Positions 1 through 13,462 of a stretch of DNA of 64,000 bases are shown piece after piece (positions within the stretch are counted from its first letter, which is position 1; each line of letters starts with the position of its first letter). The stretch comes from Octopus vulgaris (taxonomy: Eukaryota). The DNA is taken from contig OX597815.1 of assembly GCA_951406725.2 (NCBI GenBank), positions 192,696,001 through 192,760,000 on the forward strand, written 5' to 3'. Under the pieces are notes generated by a model. It was not told where the DNA came from, did not search any database, and saw only the letters and a program-made list of their open reading frames with translations. The translations under genes were made by a program, and so were the position numbers.

Positions 1-338
1 TGTTGCCCAGAAACGAAACCTTTAATTTCTTCATAGAGCTTAAGAACGCGTGAAACTACACTTTAAGATCTCCTTATATCTCAAAATAGCCAAAAGAGTC
101 ATTCCTGAAACTCTCATCCAGACGATTTCTTTTCGGAGGTCAGGAGTAACTTTAGCATGGTGTGTCATGTTCAGAAGCTAGCACAATACTGAGACGGTAG
201 TAACGTTGAGCCTGCAAATGTAAACAATGTTTGAAATTTCCAGAAATTTCTGAAAGAATCTAACTGTTCTCTTATTTTGCGCATGAGACATTTGGACAAA
301 ACTAGCGTTAGTGTTATTAACTTTTATTAAGACCATTG
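1..338 (-). mobile_element. Tc1-like DNA transposon remnant (5' end; runs off the window)
   Basis: Minus strand from ATG at 168 reads MTHHAKVTPDLRKEIVWMRVSGMTLLAI, then after a frameshift IRRS*SVVSRVLKLYEEIKG, resembling the Tc1 N-terminal HTH. The end reads TA-CAATGGTC (340-331), like a Tc1 CAGTG terminus beside a TA site. Confidence 0.6.
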
Positions 339-434
339 TACAAACTTAGATTTTTCTGAGAATTTAGCTAATGGCTAACTGTGTTTACAAAACTAATTGT
401 GAATTTGTACATTCAGTAGCTTTTCCAACATATT

Positions 435-745
435 GCCCTTCCTAAAACCAACCACCCAGCAGAATGCTTTTTATGTGGCACCAGCACAAGCAAGGTCAGT
501 TTAGGCATGGTTTCTGAAACTGGGTGCCGTTCCTAACACCAACAACTTTACAATGTGGACTGGATGCTTTTTACATGGCACCAGCACCAGCAGGGTCATT
601 AAGTAACTTACAAGACAAAGAACCTTTGAGAGGGGAGGGGACATTGGAGGAGATGATCTTGTGTCAGATGATGAAAGGTTATAGTGAGACAGAGAGAGAC
701 AGAAACAGGTGTCTTACTGTAGAGGAAGTACATGGTTACCCAGCT
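435..745 (-). mobile_element. Old family C-related retroposon fragments
   Basis: Degenerate cccttcctaa and tgctttttacatggcaccagcac motifs shared with family C, followed by a purine-rich body and (GA)n. Confidence 0.55.
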
Positions 746-750
746 AGAGA

Positions 751-793
<43 letters not shown>

Positions 794-1171
794 ATCATTT
801 AGAATACACAATTATAAAAGGACAACTTATAGTTTCATGCTTGAAGATACATTAAATTAACAGATTTATATAACATGCCATGTACCGTCAAGTAATCTTT
901 CAGGCTCAGTTTATATTGTTAGATGTATTTTTAAAAAAACCAGGATGCTGGTCTTTGAGAAAAAAAAATGAGAAGAAAAACACAAAGAAGGTTGATGGAA
1001 AAAGAGGAATGAGAAGAAAGGAAAGAAGAGTAAGAAAACCAAGTTTTTTGTCTTCTTTGGCAGTAGAAACCATAATTAACGAAGCTGGTGCTGAATAATA
1101 GAACAGAAAAGACTCTGGATGTGGTACTTGTTTTGTTGACCTTAGAATGGAACAACACACAGACACACAGA

Positions 1172-1209
<38 letters not shown>

Positions 1210-1704
1210 GTTTGGAGATTTGGCATTTGATGCCCAGTGTCCAACTTTAGAGGAGGTTTGTGTGCAGATATAGTTTTGCATGCCAATTAGAAAAAAAACA
1301 CATTTTAGAGAAATTTATAATACAAAAGTTAATAACCTTTAAATATTGATATTTTTTTGTAATTTTAGCCAATCAGGCATATTGATTCTCAACAGATTCT
1401 TGCAAAGTGCCATGTTTTTAATTTGAGTTTTTTTTTTTGGGGGGGGGGGATTCTGAAACTCAAGTAAAAGAAAAACGAAAACATCTCGTCTTTGGAGAAA
1501 TTGATAATAAAGACACTGCAGATTAAAAAAAGGCTATAGGCTTCACACAAGCATAGAATGGCATTCAGTGGGGAATACAGTCTCAGAGAACAACTTCCTA
1601 GAGATTCTATGCTATCGTTATTTTAATTCCTTGCTGTTTCAAGAAGACATACTGACAAAACATAGGCCTGGCAAGCATCCAGATACATCCAGAAATGTTT
1701 TGAT

Positions 1705-2121
1705 TACTCTTTTACTCGTTTACTTGTTTCAGTCATTTGACTGTGGCCATGCTGGGGCACCGCCTTTTAGTTGAGCAAATCGATGCCAGGACTTATTCTT
1801 TGTAAGCCTAGTACTTATTCTATCGGTCTCTTTTGCCGATCCACTAAGTTACGGGCACGTAAACACACCAGCATCGGTTGTCAAGCAATGTTGGGGGGAC
1901 AAACACAGACACACAAACATATACACATACACATATATACACATGTACATACATATATACGACGGGCTTCTTTCAGTTTCCGTCAACCAAATCCACTCAC
2001 AAGGCTTTGGTCGGCCCAAGGCTATAGTAGAAGACACTTGCCCAAGGTACCACGCAGTGGGACTGAACCCAGAACCATGTTATTCGTAAGCAAGCTACTT
2101 ACCACACAGCCACTCCTACGC
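1705..2121 (-). mobile_element. SINE family A (tRNA-derived head, internal TA/CA microsatellite, AAAAGAGT tail)
   Basis: Reverse complement starts GCGTAGGAGTGGCTGTGTGG (A box) ... GGTTCAGTCCC (B box) ... CCTTGGGCAAGTG (CORE-like). More than 12 similar copies occur in the window. Confidence 0.9.
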
Positions 2122-2401
2122 AGAAGCTCCAAATGATTGTGTTGACTGATATAGTGTCTATCACTGAAGTAGAGAAATTTTGCCGAAACACCAGTGTTTA
2201 TCAGTCCACTGCAGTCATCACAACAATTTGTGCCTGTAACAGACAAAATTTCTATGGAGAAATTGCTTGCTGAGTTTAGATTACATAGTGAGTGTCATTC
2301 CACATATGTGTGTACACAAATCTATTTCAAATGATGTACACATCTATATCTGAACTCTGTTGATGAAAACCATTCTCTCTCTCTCTCTTATTTGCACACA
2401 T

Positions 2402-2449
<48 letters not shown>

Positions 2450-2859
2450 AGGCTTTTGATGGTTTTCATCAACCAAATTTACTTACAAGGCATTGGTTAG
2501 CATGAGGGTATTACAGAAGACACTTGACCTAGATGCATTCTGTCGGGGGCTGAACTTAATACCATGTGACTGCAAAAGCAAACGTCTTTCATCACTACAC
2601 AACCATATCAGTGCATATATATATATATTTACATATATATATATATATATATATCTTCTGCATCTGTCTGACTTGGAACATAAACCATACTTTCACAAAT
2701 TGTTTTTGGATGCCTTTGTAATCTTGTGCAAACATTTGTAAATCTATTGTGACTAATCCATCATCGTTTGCTATTCCCCTTGAGGGCTGAAAAGGTATAT
2801 CCAATTTATATCAGCTTTGTACACAGACTTAACTGTTTAGTTGCCTGTCTTCGTTATAT

Positions 2860-2877
2860 AACAACAACAACAACAAC

Positions 2878-2924
<47 letters not shown>

Positions 2925-2926
2925 TA

Positions 2927-2959
<33 letters not shown>
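2860..2959. repeat. (AAC)n(AAT)n followed by (ATT)n microsatellite
   Basis: Read directly from the sequence. The two AAT/ATT halves are complementary. Confidence 0.9.
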
Positions 2960-2961
<2 letters not shown>

Positions 2962-4319
2962 GGATATTATAGCATATATACCTGAAGGTAAATGTAAAAA
3001 AAGATTTTTAAAACATTATCAAAGCAAATGATAGCCACAGATTATATACTTGCCAAATCTGTTTCTCAATAGCTGTTGTGCAAGTGGGTGGGGTGAGGGG
3101 TAGGTTGGATGGCTAGGAATAAAATAAAACACAAAGAGAAGAAAAAAAAAAACTAAAACTAACCTAAAACAAGATTGTTGAAATATTCAATGAGAATGCG
3201 AGAGATGTTCTCAACAACTTCTAATTTCTAACAATCAGTTTTCTTTACTTGGATGGCAAAAGAAAAAGAAAAAGAAAAACCACGGAAAGTAAATGGCTGT
3301 CGATTAGAAATAATTCCTATTAACAGGAACTCAAGAACGGTATGCAGAAATGTCTTAAGATAAGAACCATTATATAAAAAACAGAAAATGCATTTTAGCA
3401 AGCAGTTTTAGTGTGAAGTGGAACAGTCTCTGTGTGTTTCATGCACACATTTATGTTTATACGTGTGCATGCACATGTCTGTGTGGGCGTGTATGCATGT
3501 AGCATACGTAGATTTATGTTATATACATACATACACACACACACACGCATTTATATATGCATATCCATATGTGTATATGTACGTGTATTTTATGTATACA
3601 TCTATATGTATATATGTATGTGTATGTATACATATATATTGGCACATACACCCACACACCCACCCACACACACCCACACCCACAACTAGCAACTAAATGC
3701 AAAGAGATCTACTAAGGGTTATTTTTAATAAGAAAATTGATTTAAAAATATCAAAAAGAGATGTTCATTTAAAAAAATCAGTAATTTTGCAGGTATTAAG
3801 ATTTATCATAACTGTATTAAATGCCAGTTACCTCAACTGTATGTGCGATTTATAACTTGACATTCAGTGATGGATTTCATTTGTTATTTTTAATATACAC
3901 TTCCACAAAGCAAAATCTATGGCCATGCGAAATTTGAAGATCCCTGAAATTGTATGGTTAGTCTGATTGATGTTTAGGCTGTTCTGATTGTGGAGATAAA
4001 TAGCAAACAGATAATCAGTCAAGCTGTTGTTCAAATGGCATTGAAACATATTCCTGCAGTTTCTTTGTTTTTCCTTATATTTTTTTTTTGTTTTTTTTAC
4101 AGACATAATGTATCTAGGACTATTTTATTCCATGTGTCCTTCCAGTTTTTTTTCTAAGCTAAAACTCAGTCTTTTAATGATTTAACAGAAAATATCCTAA
4201 AGTGGATTTATTAACTCAAATGCTTATAGTGTCTTTATTTGTGGTTCAAATATTGACAAAACACACAGCTTGACAGAAAAACCCTTTTTCTTTTTTTAAT
4301 GTGAGTAGTCATTTGTGCT

Positions 4320-5150
4320 ACCCTACCTCAACTGAGCAACCAAATTATCTCTCCTCTTCTACCCCATAGATTTTTCACTCCCTTCATGCATTATGCATGC
4401 CTCTCTCTTCCCACATAACATTCCTGCAACCTATGCAACCACATGTCACCTCTTTTTCATGATTTTCTTCTTTCTATTCTATCATCATTATTATTCTGCA
4501 GCTCCATCCAAGTTTTCCTGTGCTGTCAGTCATCTCTAATTCCCTTTACTTTCCTAAATTCATGCATCATTGATCATCACACGTCCCCTATTCACCATTC
4601 AACCCTACCAAATCTTTACAACTCTCATCAACTTCATCATCACCATTTAACGTCTGTTGTCCATGCTGGCATGGTTTCCTCTCATCCAATCCCTATTTCT
4701 CAATCCCCATACTCTTTTGCAACCTCCACACTCCTAAACTTTTGATTCATCTGTCCCCACTCATTTCTACTCACCTAGTACCTTGAGGGCCCACCTGGAC
4801 ACCTCATCACCATTATTTTTTTTATCTCCTCCCTCTCCACTTTAATCATCCTCACCGTCTCTTCTAAAATGTGAGTAGCCATGTATCCCCACCAAAGTAA
4901 GAAACCTGTTCTACTCAGGCCTCATCTCTCATACTTTAACCCCTTATCTCCTGGTGTAAAGCCACCCCCTCGAGGGCAACGCTCTTGCACTCTTCATAGT
5001 GACCTTACTATTACTGGTGGCACAAAATTGCACCCAGTAAATGCTTTTAAGTGGTTGGCATTAGCCACAGAAACCAGACCAAAACAGACAATCAAGCACA
5101 ATGAAGCCCTTGGACACATCAGATTCTATCAAACTGGCCAACATGGAACA
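4320..5150 (+). mobile_element. Old family C-related element with pyrimidine-rich body
   Basis: CT-rich body ending ctggtggcacaaaattgcacccagt...gtggttggcattag, similar to 25725-26750 (-) and 42900-43580 (+). Confidence 0.5.
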
Positions 5151-6719
5151 TAGTATTCATTTCCCCGGGCTTTGTGCAAAACATTTAACCCTTTCTTCTT
5201 TCCCAATGTCATTATCATGAAATTTACTTCCTGTCCATGCATTTCCTGCAGCTATCAACTTACAATTGTTTAAGGGAAACATTTTATTGGTTTAAGAAGA
5301 ACTAAGGAGGCTGTGGGTACAGTCACCGTCACCACCCTCCCTGCCTCCAAACCAAACCAAAAGTTTAAAAAGTTAGGAAAAGTTAAATAATTTTCTGTTT
5401 CCAAGGAGACTGGCAGATGCATTTAAGAGGCTGAATAAGATAAGAATGAAATGAAACTTTAAAAGAAATGCAGAATTAACGGAGAACTGGAAAGATAAAA
5501 AAACACACTTAACAAGATTACACAAACGTATTACTGGAAAAACTGTGCACTGTCAAAAAGATCCACATTACTCTTTCTCTAAAGCTTAGGTTTAAAACTT
5601 CAGATTGGAGGCCTTCTAACAGCATTGCAACAAACTTTCTATATCACCATGTTAACAAATAACCACAGGTGACTCCTTCCACATACCCTCGACATGCAAT
5701 TTTCACAGGGAAACATAAAGGTGATTCCATATTTGGCTCTTACTTGTTGATCACCTTTCTTCTAATATTTTTTACAACATTTTCTTGTCAGCAAGATACA
5801 CACAAGTTTGCCTGGAAACTCAGAACATTAGATACTTGGACAAATATAGGTTCTAATGTAGTCATATCGGGGGAAAGGATTTAGTAAGTACTACAATCTC
5901 AAGCATTGCGATCGTTTTGTTTGACTAAATTCTTTCGAAGCAGTGCTCCAGCATGACTGAAACAAGCATCTATAGATGTATGGAAATACTGCATTGGTCC
6001 TTGGAGAAAACAGCTCGGTGAAGGATATAAGGTACACAAAACACCAGCTGGTACCACCACACTCAAAGAGAACCGGTTTGCACTTATGATACAGTATTAT
6101 TTTTTAATCATAGAAGGTGGACAGAAACGGTTATTTCAATAAAGAGAATGAATAAAAGAAAGGAAAGCTCAGCCGAAATCAGAAAAGAAGTTGATTGATT
6201 GACAAGTAGTTTATTTTATGACCCTGGAAGAGTGAAAGGAAAATTTGAGCCTTGGCAGGATTTGAATTTGAAACACAAGGAGCCAGAACAAATACTTCAA
6301 GGTATTTTGACCAATGCTCATATGATTTGCCAACAGGTTAGCCCTTAACAAAAATTACTGGAAAAATGTCATAAAAAGATTATAAATAATTCATATAAAG
6401 TTTCTGAATGTGAAGTCTTAACAAAAATCAAATACATCAACAGGTAAAACAACAATAAGAATGAGCCAACAACGGAGGCTCGATGTAATTGCTTGCCCAC
6501 CTAAGAATAGCAACCGCATCTCCTATGAATCACACACACTAACTTAGAAATATATAAAAAATTAAAGAAATTGGATACATTGAATGTTGTTCTAGATATG
6601 TTATGACTGAGTATGAATAAAGTTTGAGATTATCATACCAGGAAAACCTTTAATCACAGAACTGCTTAATAACCCTATAATCCATCTTCTAAGATGATTT
6701 AATATTCCTTACTCTTTTG

Positions 6720-8985
6720 TATAGCATGGACCCATTTACAAACATGCAGAACTAAACAGCCATAGAGTACAGGTGCTACAGACAAACTATGAGCCTTCTC
6801 TGTATGGATAATTTGAAGATATTTACAAGAGATAATACTAAGCTGGAAAGCCTGCTAACACTGTATAAATTAAGTCATGACATAAAAATGAGTGTGGGAT
6901 TAGATAAATGTGCCAAAGATAGTTTAAGAGGCAAATTAATTAGAACCAGGAAAATTAAATAAGATATAGACACCAAAATCAGAGAATTAGACAAGAATCA
7001 AGCAGAGAAATACGAAGGAATAGGTGAAGCCAATAAAATTCCAATAAATACATAAAGCAAGACTATTATAAAAGTGTCAGGCTAATTATTTAAAACTGAA
7101 TTCAATGCTAGAAATAAGATAGTAGGTATAAATATGCTTGTCATTCCAGTTATAAGTTATAATCTCAATCATCATAAAAAAAATTTTAAAAACTGAAAGT
7201 GAATTGAATTGAATAGCTTAGACAGAAAACCTAGGAAATGACTGATGGTATTACCAAAGACTCTCTCTCTCAAACCTGATATAGATAGAATATACCTAAA
7301 TCATACAAAAGCCGGGGAAGCGAAATGAAATAGCTAAAAAAATAACAATGGTAGGATGGAAAAATATTTAGAAGCAAGTAAAGGGAAGCTTTTAAGAGTA
7401 ATAAGGAAACATAAAAAGAAAAAAAAAAAAACTTCTTTCCTGTATGTAAGGAAACACCACGAGAAGTACAAACTGAAAATCAATTATACTGAAATAACAG
7501 ATTTAGGCATGGACAGACTAAAGAAAAAAAGGTTTTGAAAAATTTCAAAATTGAAATAGATTTCCAAAATATATTGAAGAAAAAAATTAAAGAAGAAAAG
7601 GAAATCATGCCATGGCTAACATCCACAAGACTTGATAGAGAAATATGACAGAATGGAGGCTAACAATAGCTCAAAGCTCAGAGCTAAAACTAGAAACAGG
7701 TCTGATATTAGCAGCTCAGGACCAATGTCTAACCACAAACAACCACAACAAATAAAATAGTAAAAGATTATACTAGGCGCAGGAGTGGCTGTGTGGTAAG
7801 TAGCTTGCTTACCAACCACATGGTTCCGGGTTCAGTCCCACTGCATGGTACCTTGAGCAACTGTCTTCTACTATAGCCTCGGGCCGACCAAAGCCTTGTG
7901 AGTGGATTTGGTAGTCGGAAACTGAAAGAAGCCCGTCGCATACATGTATATATATATATGTGTGTGTGTTTGTGTGTCTGTGTTTGTCCCCCCAACATCA
8001 CTTGACAACCGATGCTGGTGTGTTTACGTCCCCGTAACTTAGCGGTTCGGCAAAAGAGACTGATAGAATAAGTACTAGAATTACAAAGAATAAGTCTTGG
8101 GGTCGATTTGCTCGACTAAAGGCAGTGCTCCAGCATGGCCGCAGTCAAATGACTGAAACAAGTAAAAAGAGTAACAAGTACCAAAATAGTACCAGAGTCT
8201 ACAAACCAAGCCCATAGCTATTGGCTGAATTTCCATGGATTTAAAAACACAATGCCACACGCACCTCAAGAACACAGAGTGCACCTGGTGGTATAGTAGA
8301 AACTTACATGAAAGTGTTAAACATAATAGTAACAGGGACTTGCAAATATGCACAAAATAGGGGGAAAAAATATAGCACAATTAGATACTACATATATATT
8401 AAGTAGAGAACTTTCAATGCAACAGAAACAACAAAACCTAAACAAAACACTGCCCTTACACAAAACACAAAGAGCTGTGTTCAGTAATGCAATAATAATA
8501 ATAATAATTCTTTTTAATTTCAGCACAAGGCCAAGAATACCGAATATTAATAAAAACAATATATATATATAAAAGTTAATAGTTGCATTCAATGGAAATT
8601 CAGATAGGATTTTATAAACATTATAATAATAATATTGTATAAAAATAATAATCTCTCATGATGTGACAATATTTAAGTATTGAAGAGTATGTTGATTCTA
8701 ACAAAGAAAGAGGCAGATCACCAGGTTATTATTAACAAAGACCATCTTTTCTCTTTTGATCGATTATCAATCCCTACCGATATGAATCTAGCCCCAGAGA
8801 AGAATAATCCAAATATGAAGATATCCAGAATATGAAGACTGGAAACAGAAACAATCTTGATAATAACAGGTGGGCCAAGAATAACAAAAAGAGACAAAGA
8901 TAGGTAAAAATGTAGCTAATATTTCAGAAAATTGTAAATATACTCAACATGCGAAAAATACCGTTATCAGGGCATAGAACAAATA
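6720..8985 (+). pseudogene. Degraded R4/Dong-like non-LTR retrotransposon ORF (RT plus restriction-like endonuclease region), interrupted by a SINE A
   Basis: Collinear broken-frame motifs LLCMDNLKIF (YMDDLK), GLDKCAK, NARNKIVGINMLVIPVISY, LDRKPRK, KPDIDRIYL and LILAAQDQCL, then SIPTDMN...KYED...ISRI*RLETETILIITG near 8780-8880. Confidence 0.7.
7776..8174 (+). mobile_element. SINE family A, full length
   Basis: GGCGCAGGAGTGGCTGTGTGG head, B box GGTTCAGTCCC, internal (TA)(TG)n and AAGAGTAA tail. Confidence 0.92.
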
Positions 8986-9289
8986 TTGCACATATGGAGA
9001 ATACAATGAAAATAGAGATACACACACACACACAAGTGTAAACATGAACTGAAAAAGAAGGAAAATGAATGACAGAATGAATATGATCAATGTCTAGTAG
9101 AGAATGATGAAAACAGTGCCACAGACTGTGTTTCCAGAGAATTCACCATCAGTTAACAGCACATAACTCAACAGTATTACCAAAGTAATAAAGATTTCTG
9201 ACTTTGGGCACTTGGCTACATGATCTTTACATCATTTTTTTTTTTTTTAATTTTTCTCAGTGAATGAGGATGTGTAGTCATCTCACTTG

Positions 9290-9636
9290 AGCTCTATACT
9301 TCATTGATACTTTGTTTTATCAACCACAGGAAGAAGAACTTTGAGTAAGAATCCTGCAGGGGTCAGCGGGATTCAAACTCAAAATTTAATGGAATGTAAC
9401 TAACAAGTAAAGACATTCACCATTTCTACTATCTGTTGTCATCATCAATAACAGGAGGCGCAGGAGTGGCTTTGTGGTAAGTACCTTGCATACCAACCAC
9501 ATGGTTCCGGGTTCAATCCCACTGCGTAGCACCTTGGGCAAGTGTCTCCTACTATAGCTTTGGGCCGACCAAAGCCTTGTGAGTGGATTTGGTAGACAGA
9601 AACTGAATGAAGCCTGTCATATATATGCATATATAT

Positions 9637-9684
<48 letters not shown>

Positions 9685-10700
9685 GTGAGTCTGTGTTTGC
9701 CTCCCCAACATAGCTTGACAACCGATACTGGTGTGTTTATGTCCCTGTAACCTAGCGGTTCAGCAAAGGAGACCGATAGAATAAGTACTAGGCTTACAAA
9801 GAATAAGACCTGGGGTCGATTTGCTCGACTAAAGGCAGTGCTCCAGCATGGCTACAGTCAAATGACTGAAACAAGTAAAAAGAGTAACAATTATTCTAAT
9901 GTAGTGACAAAGCCAACAATTTTGAAAGATGGGGCATAGTCAGTAACATGAGCCTCAATACTTAGCTGGAACTTCATTTTATTGACCCCAGAGGGTTAAA
10001 AGGTAGAGCTGACCTTTACAGGATTAGAACTCAAAACATAAAGTGCTGAAATAAATGTCATAAAATACATTTTTTTCTGATGCTCTAATAGTTCTGCCAA
10101 TCCACTGTCTTAATCATCAATAATAATAATGGGTTTTAAGTGAAACACAAATATAGTGATTTGGGTGGAAGGGAAATAGTCAATTGCATCAGCTCCAGTA
10201 CTTGATTGGTACTTTATTTAATCAACCCCAAGAGAATGAAAGGCAAGATCGACCAAGCCAGAACAATTACCACAAGGCATTCATTCTGACGTAATGATTG
10301 CTAATCCACTGTCCTTTATTTTAATAAAAACTCAAGACCAGAAATTTGGTGGAAGGGAGGAATCAATTAAATTGACCCCAGTACAATCTTGGAAGGAAGA
10401 AAAGCAACGTTGACCTTGAAAGAATTTGAACACAGAACATAAAGAGCTGCAACATATATTACCAGACTTTGTCCAAAGCTCTATAATGATTATTTCTAGT
10501 TTAAGTAAAAGGCCAATGATTTTAAGGGGAGCAGTTTAGTTGATACCATCAACCCCAGTACTTGAGTGATACTTAATTTTATTACCCTTAGAATAATAAA
10601 AGGTAAGACTGACCTTGGCAGAACATAAGGAACCAGAACAAATATTGCAAGACTTTTTCCCTGACACTCAAAGGATTCTACTAAGCCATTTCTAACAGAT
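9290..10700 (-). mobile_element. Cluster of at least five old SINE B-type monomers in the same orientation (span includes a SINE A)
   Basis: Repeated degenerate gaccccagta...ggtactt...tgaaaggcaa...gacct...gaatttgaactcagaac motifs at about 9290, 9900, 10140, 10330 and 10505. Confidence 0.65.
9457..9886 (+). mobile_element. SINE family A, full length
   Basis: Same head, body and tail as 7776-8174, with a long internal (TG)n. Confidence 0.92.
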
Positions 10701-10833
10701 GAATAAAGCCAAAGCATTTTTTTTTTCTAAATTTGGTGGGAGAAAAGATTTTTCAGCAGCCAGTGATACTACCAAGGTAGAGTATATATGGGGGCAACAG
10801 CCAAGAGTTTGTCATATTATACCATGTCATATC

Positions 10834-11064
10834 TATTTCTTTACTGCCCACAAGGGTCTAAACACAGAGGGGACAAACAAGGACACACAAAGGGATTAAG
10901 TTGATTAGATCGATCCCAGTGCGTAACTGGTACTTAATTTATTGACTCCGAAAGGATGAAAGGCAAAGTCGACCTCGGCGGAATTTGAACTCAGAACGTA
11001 ACGGCAGACGAAATACGGCTACGCATTTCGCCCGGCGTGCTAACCATTCTGCCAGCTCACCGCC
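10834..11064 (-). mobile_element. SINE family B (tRNA head plus Deu/Nin-like central domain), young copy
   Basis: Reverse complement reads GGCGGTGAGCTGGCAGAATGG...GAGTTCAAATTCC...GCCTTTCATCCTTTCGGAGTCAATAAATTAAGTACC. A 14-bp TSD taccatgtcatatc lies at 10820-10833 and 11068-11081. Confidence 0.9.
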
Positions 11065-12249
11065 TTTTACCATGTCATATCATTAACCTCAAGTGCCTCA
11101 AATGTGTCTCATCAATATTGATCTCTAACTAAGACACAGGATCCTGCTCAAACATGTATGTGTGCATGCACGAATTAATGTATGTATGTATGCATGTACA
11201 AATGCGAAAACATTTCATATTCATAAGCATTTTTAAAAATGCTTCTAAATTACTGATAACACATAATTATTTTTTTTATCGTGCCTTAAATAACAATCCA
11301 TTTTATTGACCTAATGTCTTCTCATTAATATGCACTGTTTCATATATTTTTTAAGAGATCAATTTATTGTTCAGTCTCTTCCAATCATCACCCAGCAATA
11401 CTTTTCTGTTTAGAAAAGTTTGAAAACAGAGTTAAATTAATCAGTGTAAATCTTCAAAATATCAAACATGATGAAGAAACAATTCTGTGAACCTACTTAT
11501 ATATTTTTTTTTTTTCAATTTTACAAAAATTTCAAAGTTTTCTAAGCAACTTGATAAAAAGATTTTTCTTTTTTTTTAAATAACACAAAACGAGTTAAAC
11601 AGCAGCATATTAAGAATATTATTCGAAATACTCTGTACTTACTTTTAACAGAAACGAACAAAGTAACTCAACAGTATTGACAAAAACTGCATCTTTCTTT
11701 CTCTCTCCAATTATTTACATTACCGAATTGAAATTTTAAAAGTTATATATGTAATTTCCATTGCGATGCTGTAAAACTGAATTCTAAAGTTTGGTGAACG
11801 GCAACACAATAAATGCATTTTCTGAATCAGTGGACAAGGTCATATAGTTACTGAGGTCATTGAAACACAGTTTTAAAATCTGAATATTACACATATTTGT
11901 AAGCAATTCCACAACCATTTCTCAAGGTGTTGGGCGATTCATTAGCTTAACTCTCATACACTGCAGTGAAACTTATCGTAATAGTTCCCATTCAAGAAGA
12001 ATGACAAGGAACATCTTAAAAAATAGAGAACATGTGCGAATCGGACATAAGAAAATGAGATAAAAATATATAGTCATAATTCGAAAGGGTATATATGTAT
12101 AATGCAGAAGAAATTAATTCAGTATGAATATTGTTCCTCTACACACTATCTGTCCAGTGAGTACACCTTTATTTAAACATATACACTTGAATGCATATAT
12201 ACATATATATGTTACATATACACATATACATGTATATATATCATCATAT

Positions 12250-12307
<58 letters not shown>

Positions 12308-12355
12308 AAACAAGTCAAAAATAGAAAATGCTAAGATAATTTTATAGTGAATCTT

Positions 12356-12395
12356 TCAGTACCGGTTTCGGTCATTTTGAGACCTTTTCAACTGT
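12356..12395 (-). ncRNA. Minimal type I hammerhead ribozyme motif with U3-A8 core, in a (TA)n-flanked Penelope-like remnant (about 12303-12512)
   Basis: Minus strand reads CAG-UUGAAAA-GGUC(ucaaaau)GACC-GAAA-CCGG-UA-CUG: stem I CAG/CUG, stem II GGUC/GACC, palindromic minimal stem III and a GUA cleavage triplet. Confidence 0.65.
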
Positions 12396-12565
12396 AACGA
12401 TTAAATAATTAAATTTAGAAAAATTAGAAGAAAAGTTTTTTTAAAAGAATATTTCTATAGTAGTGTTCAGATATAAGTAGCATTCTGCCTTTCTCTGATT
12501 CCCTTGATCTTTATTTATATATATATATGTATATGCATATATGTATGTATGTGTAGTTATAAATA

Positions 12566-12617
<52 letters not shown>

Positions 12618-12936
12618 TTTGCATATATGTATGTGTGTGTGTGGATGTGTATGTGCGCACACACGCACGCACAAACACAAGTATGTAAATAAACAAGTAG
12701 AGACATTTGAATCAGCCAATCGCCTTTCAAAATACTTTACATGTAAAATTAAAAGTCAAATGTTAAATTTAGAGAACATTGCTATTGGTCGAATGTCTTG
12801 GAATTCACATCAAGGATCCAGCAAGCATCTCAGAATACTGAAAGACTTCCACATGACTGGAAGACTGCAGTTTTAACTGATTCTTTTAAGAACGGCAATA
12901 TGATGCCATATTAGAACTAGTTTGGAGTCAATTTAA

Positions 12937-13157
12937 CCCTTTAGTGTTCGCATTATTCTGCCACAATTAATGCTTCTTCATCCACATTGTTTTGAACTAA
13001 TCATGCATTATCTTGTAGCTATGAGATTTTGATGAGGTAGCTGTTAATTTTTAAAATGATATTGTAGGGTTGGTGTGAGAGACCAGATCTGGCCAGTTTG
13101 AACATAAAACAGGCAGAATACTTTTGGCCGGATATGGCCGGTTTAAATGCTAAAGGG
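12937..13157. mobile_element. piggyBac-type MITE family D
   Basis: TTAA on both sides, CCCTTTAG...CTAAAGGG termini, and homology to 19092-19312 and 60282-60506. Confidence 0.85.
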
Positions 13158-13462
13158 TTAATGTTGCCAAAAAAAAAGTTTTACCATTATCTCCTGAAAT
13201 TATTTTTCCTATATCAAAGAAGCTCATACTTCATCAAGCTTAGTGATCTATGGATGTGCTGATCAATTCTTCAGACTGCAACGTCTTTTGAATGAAAAGA
13301 CGATTTATCCAGCAATCTACAGTCGTTTTATTTGTGGGGTGTGTGGGGTCATTTTCAGTTTAGTATCACATCAGTAATTGTGGAATATAATGGAAGCATG
13401 CTACCAAAGTTGTTCTGCTTCATTGCGTAGGACTAATCAGTATTCCGACCAAAGCTGAAATA

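Noticed and set aside
1771-2136. Recurring RRASFSFRLPNPLTRLWSARGYSRRHLPKVP ORFs
   Set aside because: Antisense translations of SINE A, repeated in many copies with inconsistent frames.
7776-7850. tRNA genes at SINE heads (families A, B, F, G)
   Set aside because: A and B boxes are present, but there is no convincing full cloverleaf and each head continues into a SINE body.
11633-11720. Minus-strand exon ending at a GTAAGT donor near 11642
   Set aside because: The donor looks good, but the reading frames are short and there is no acceptor or homology support. A non-coding exon cannot be excluded.
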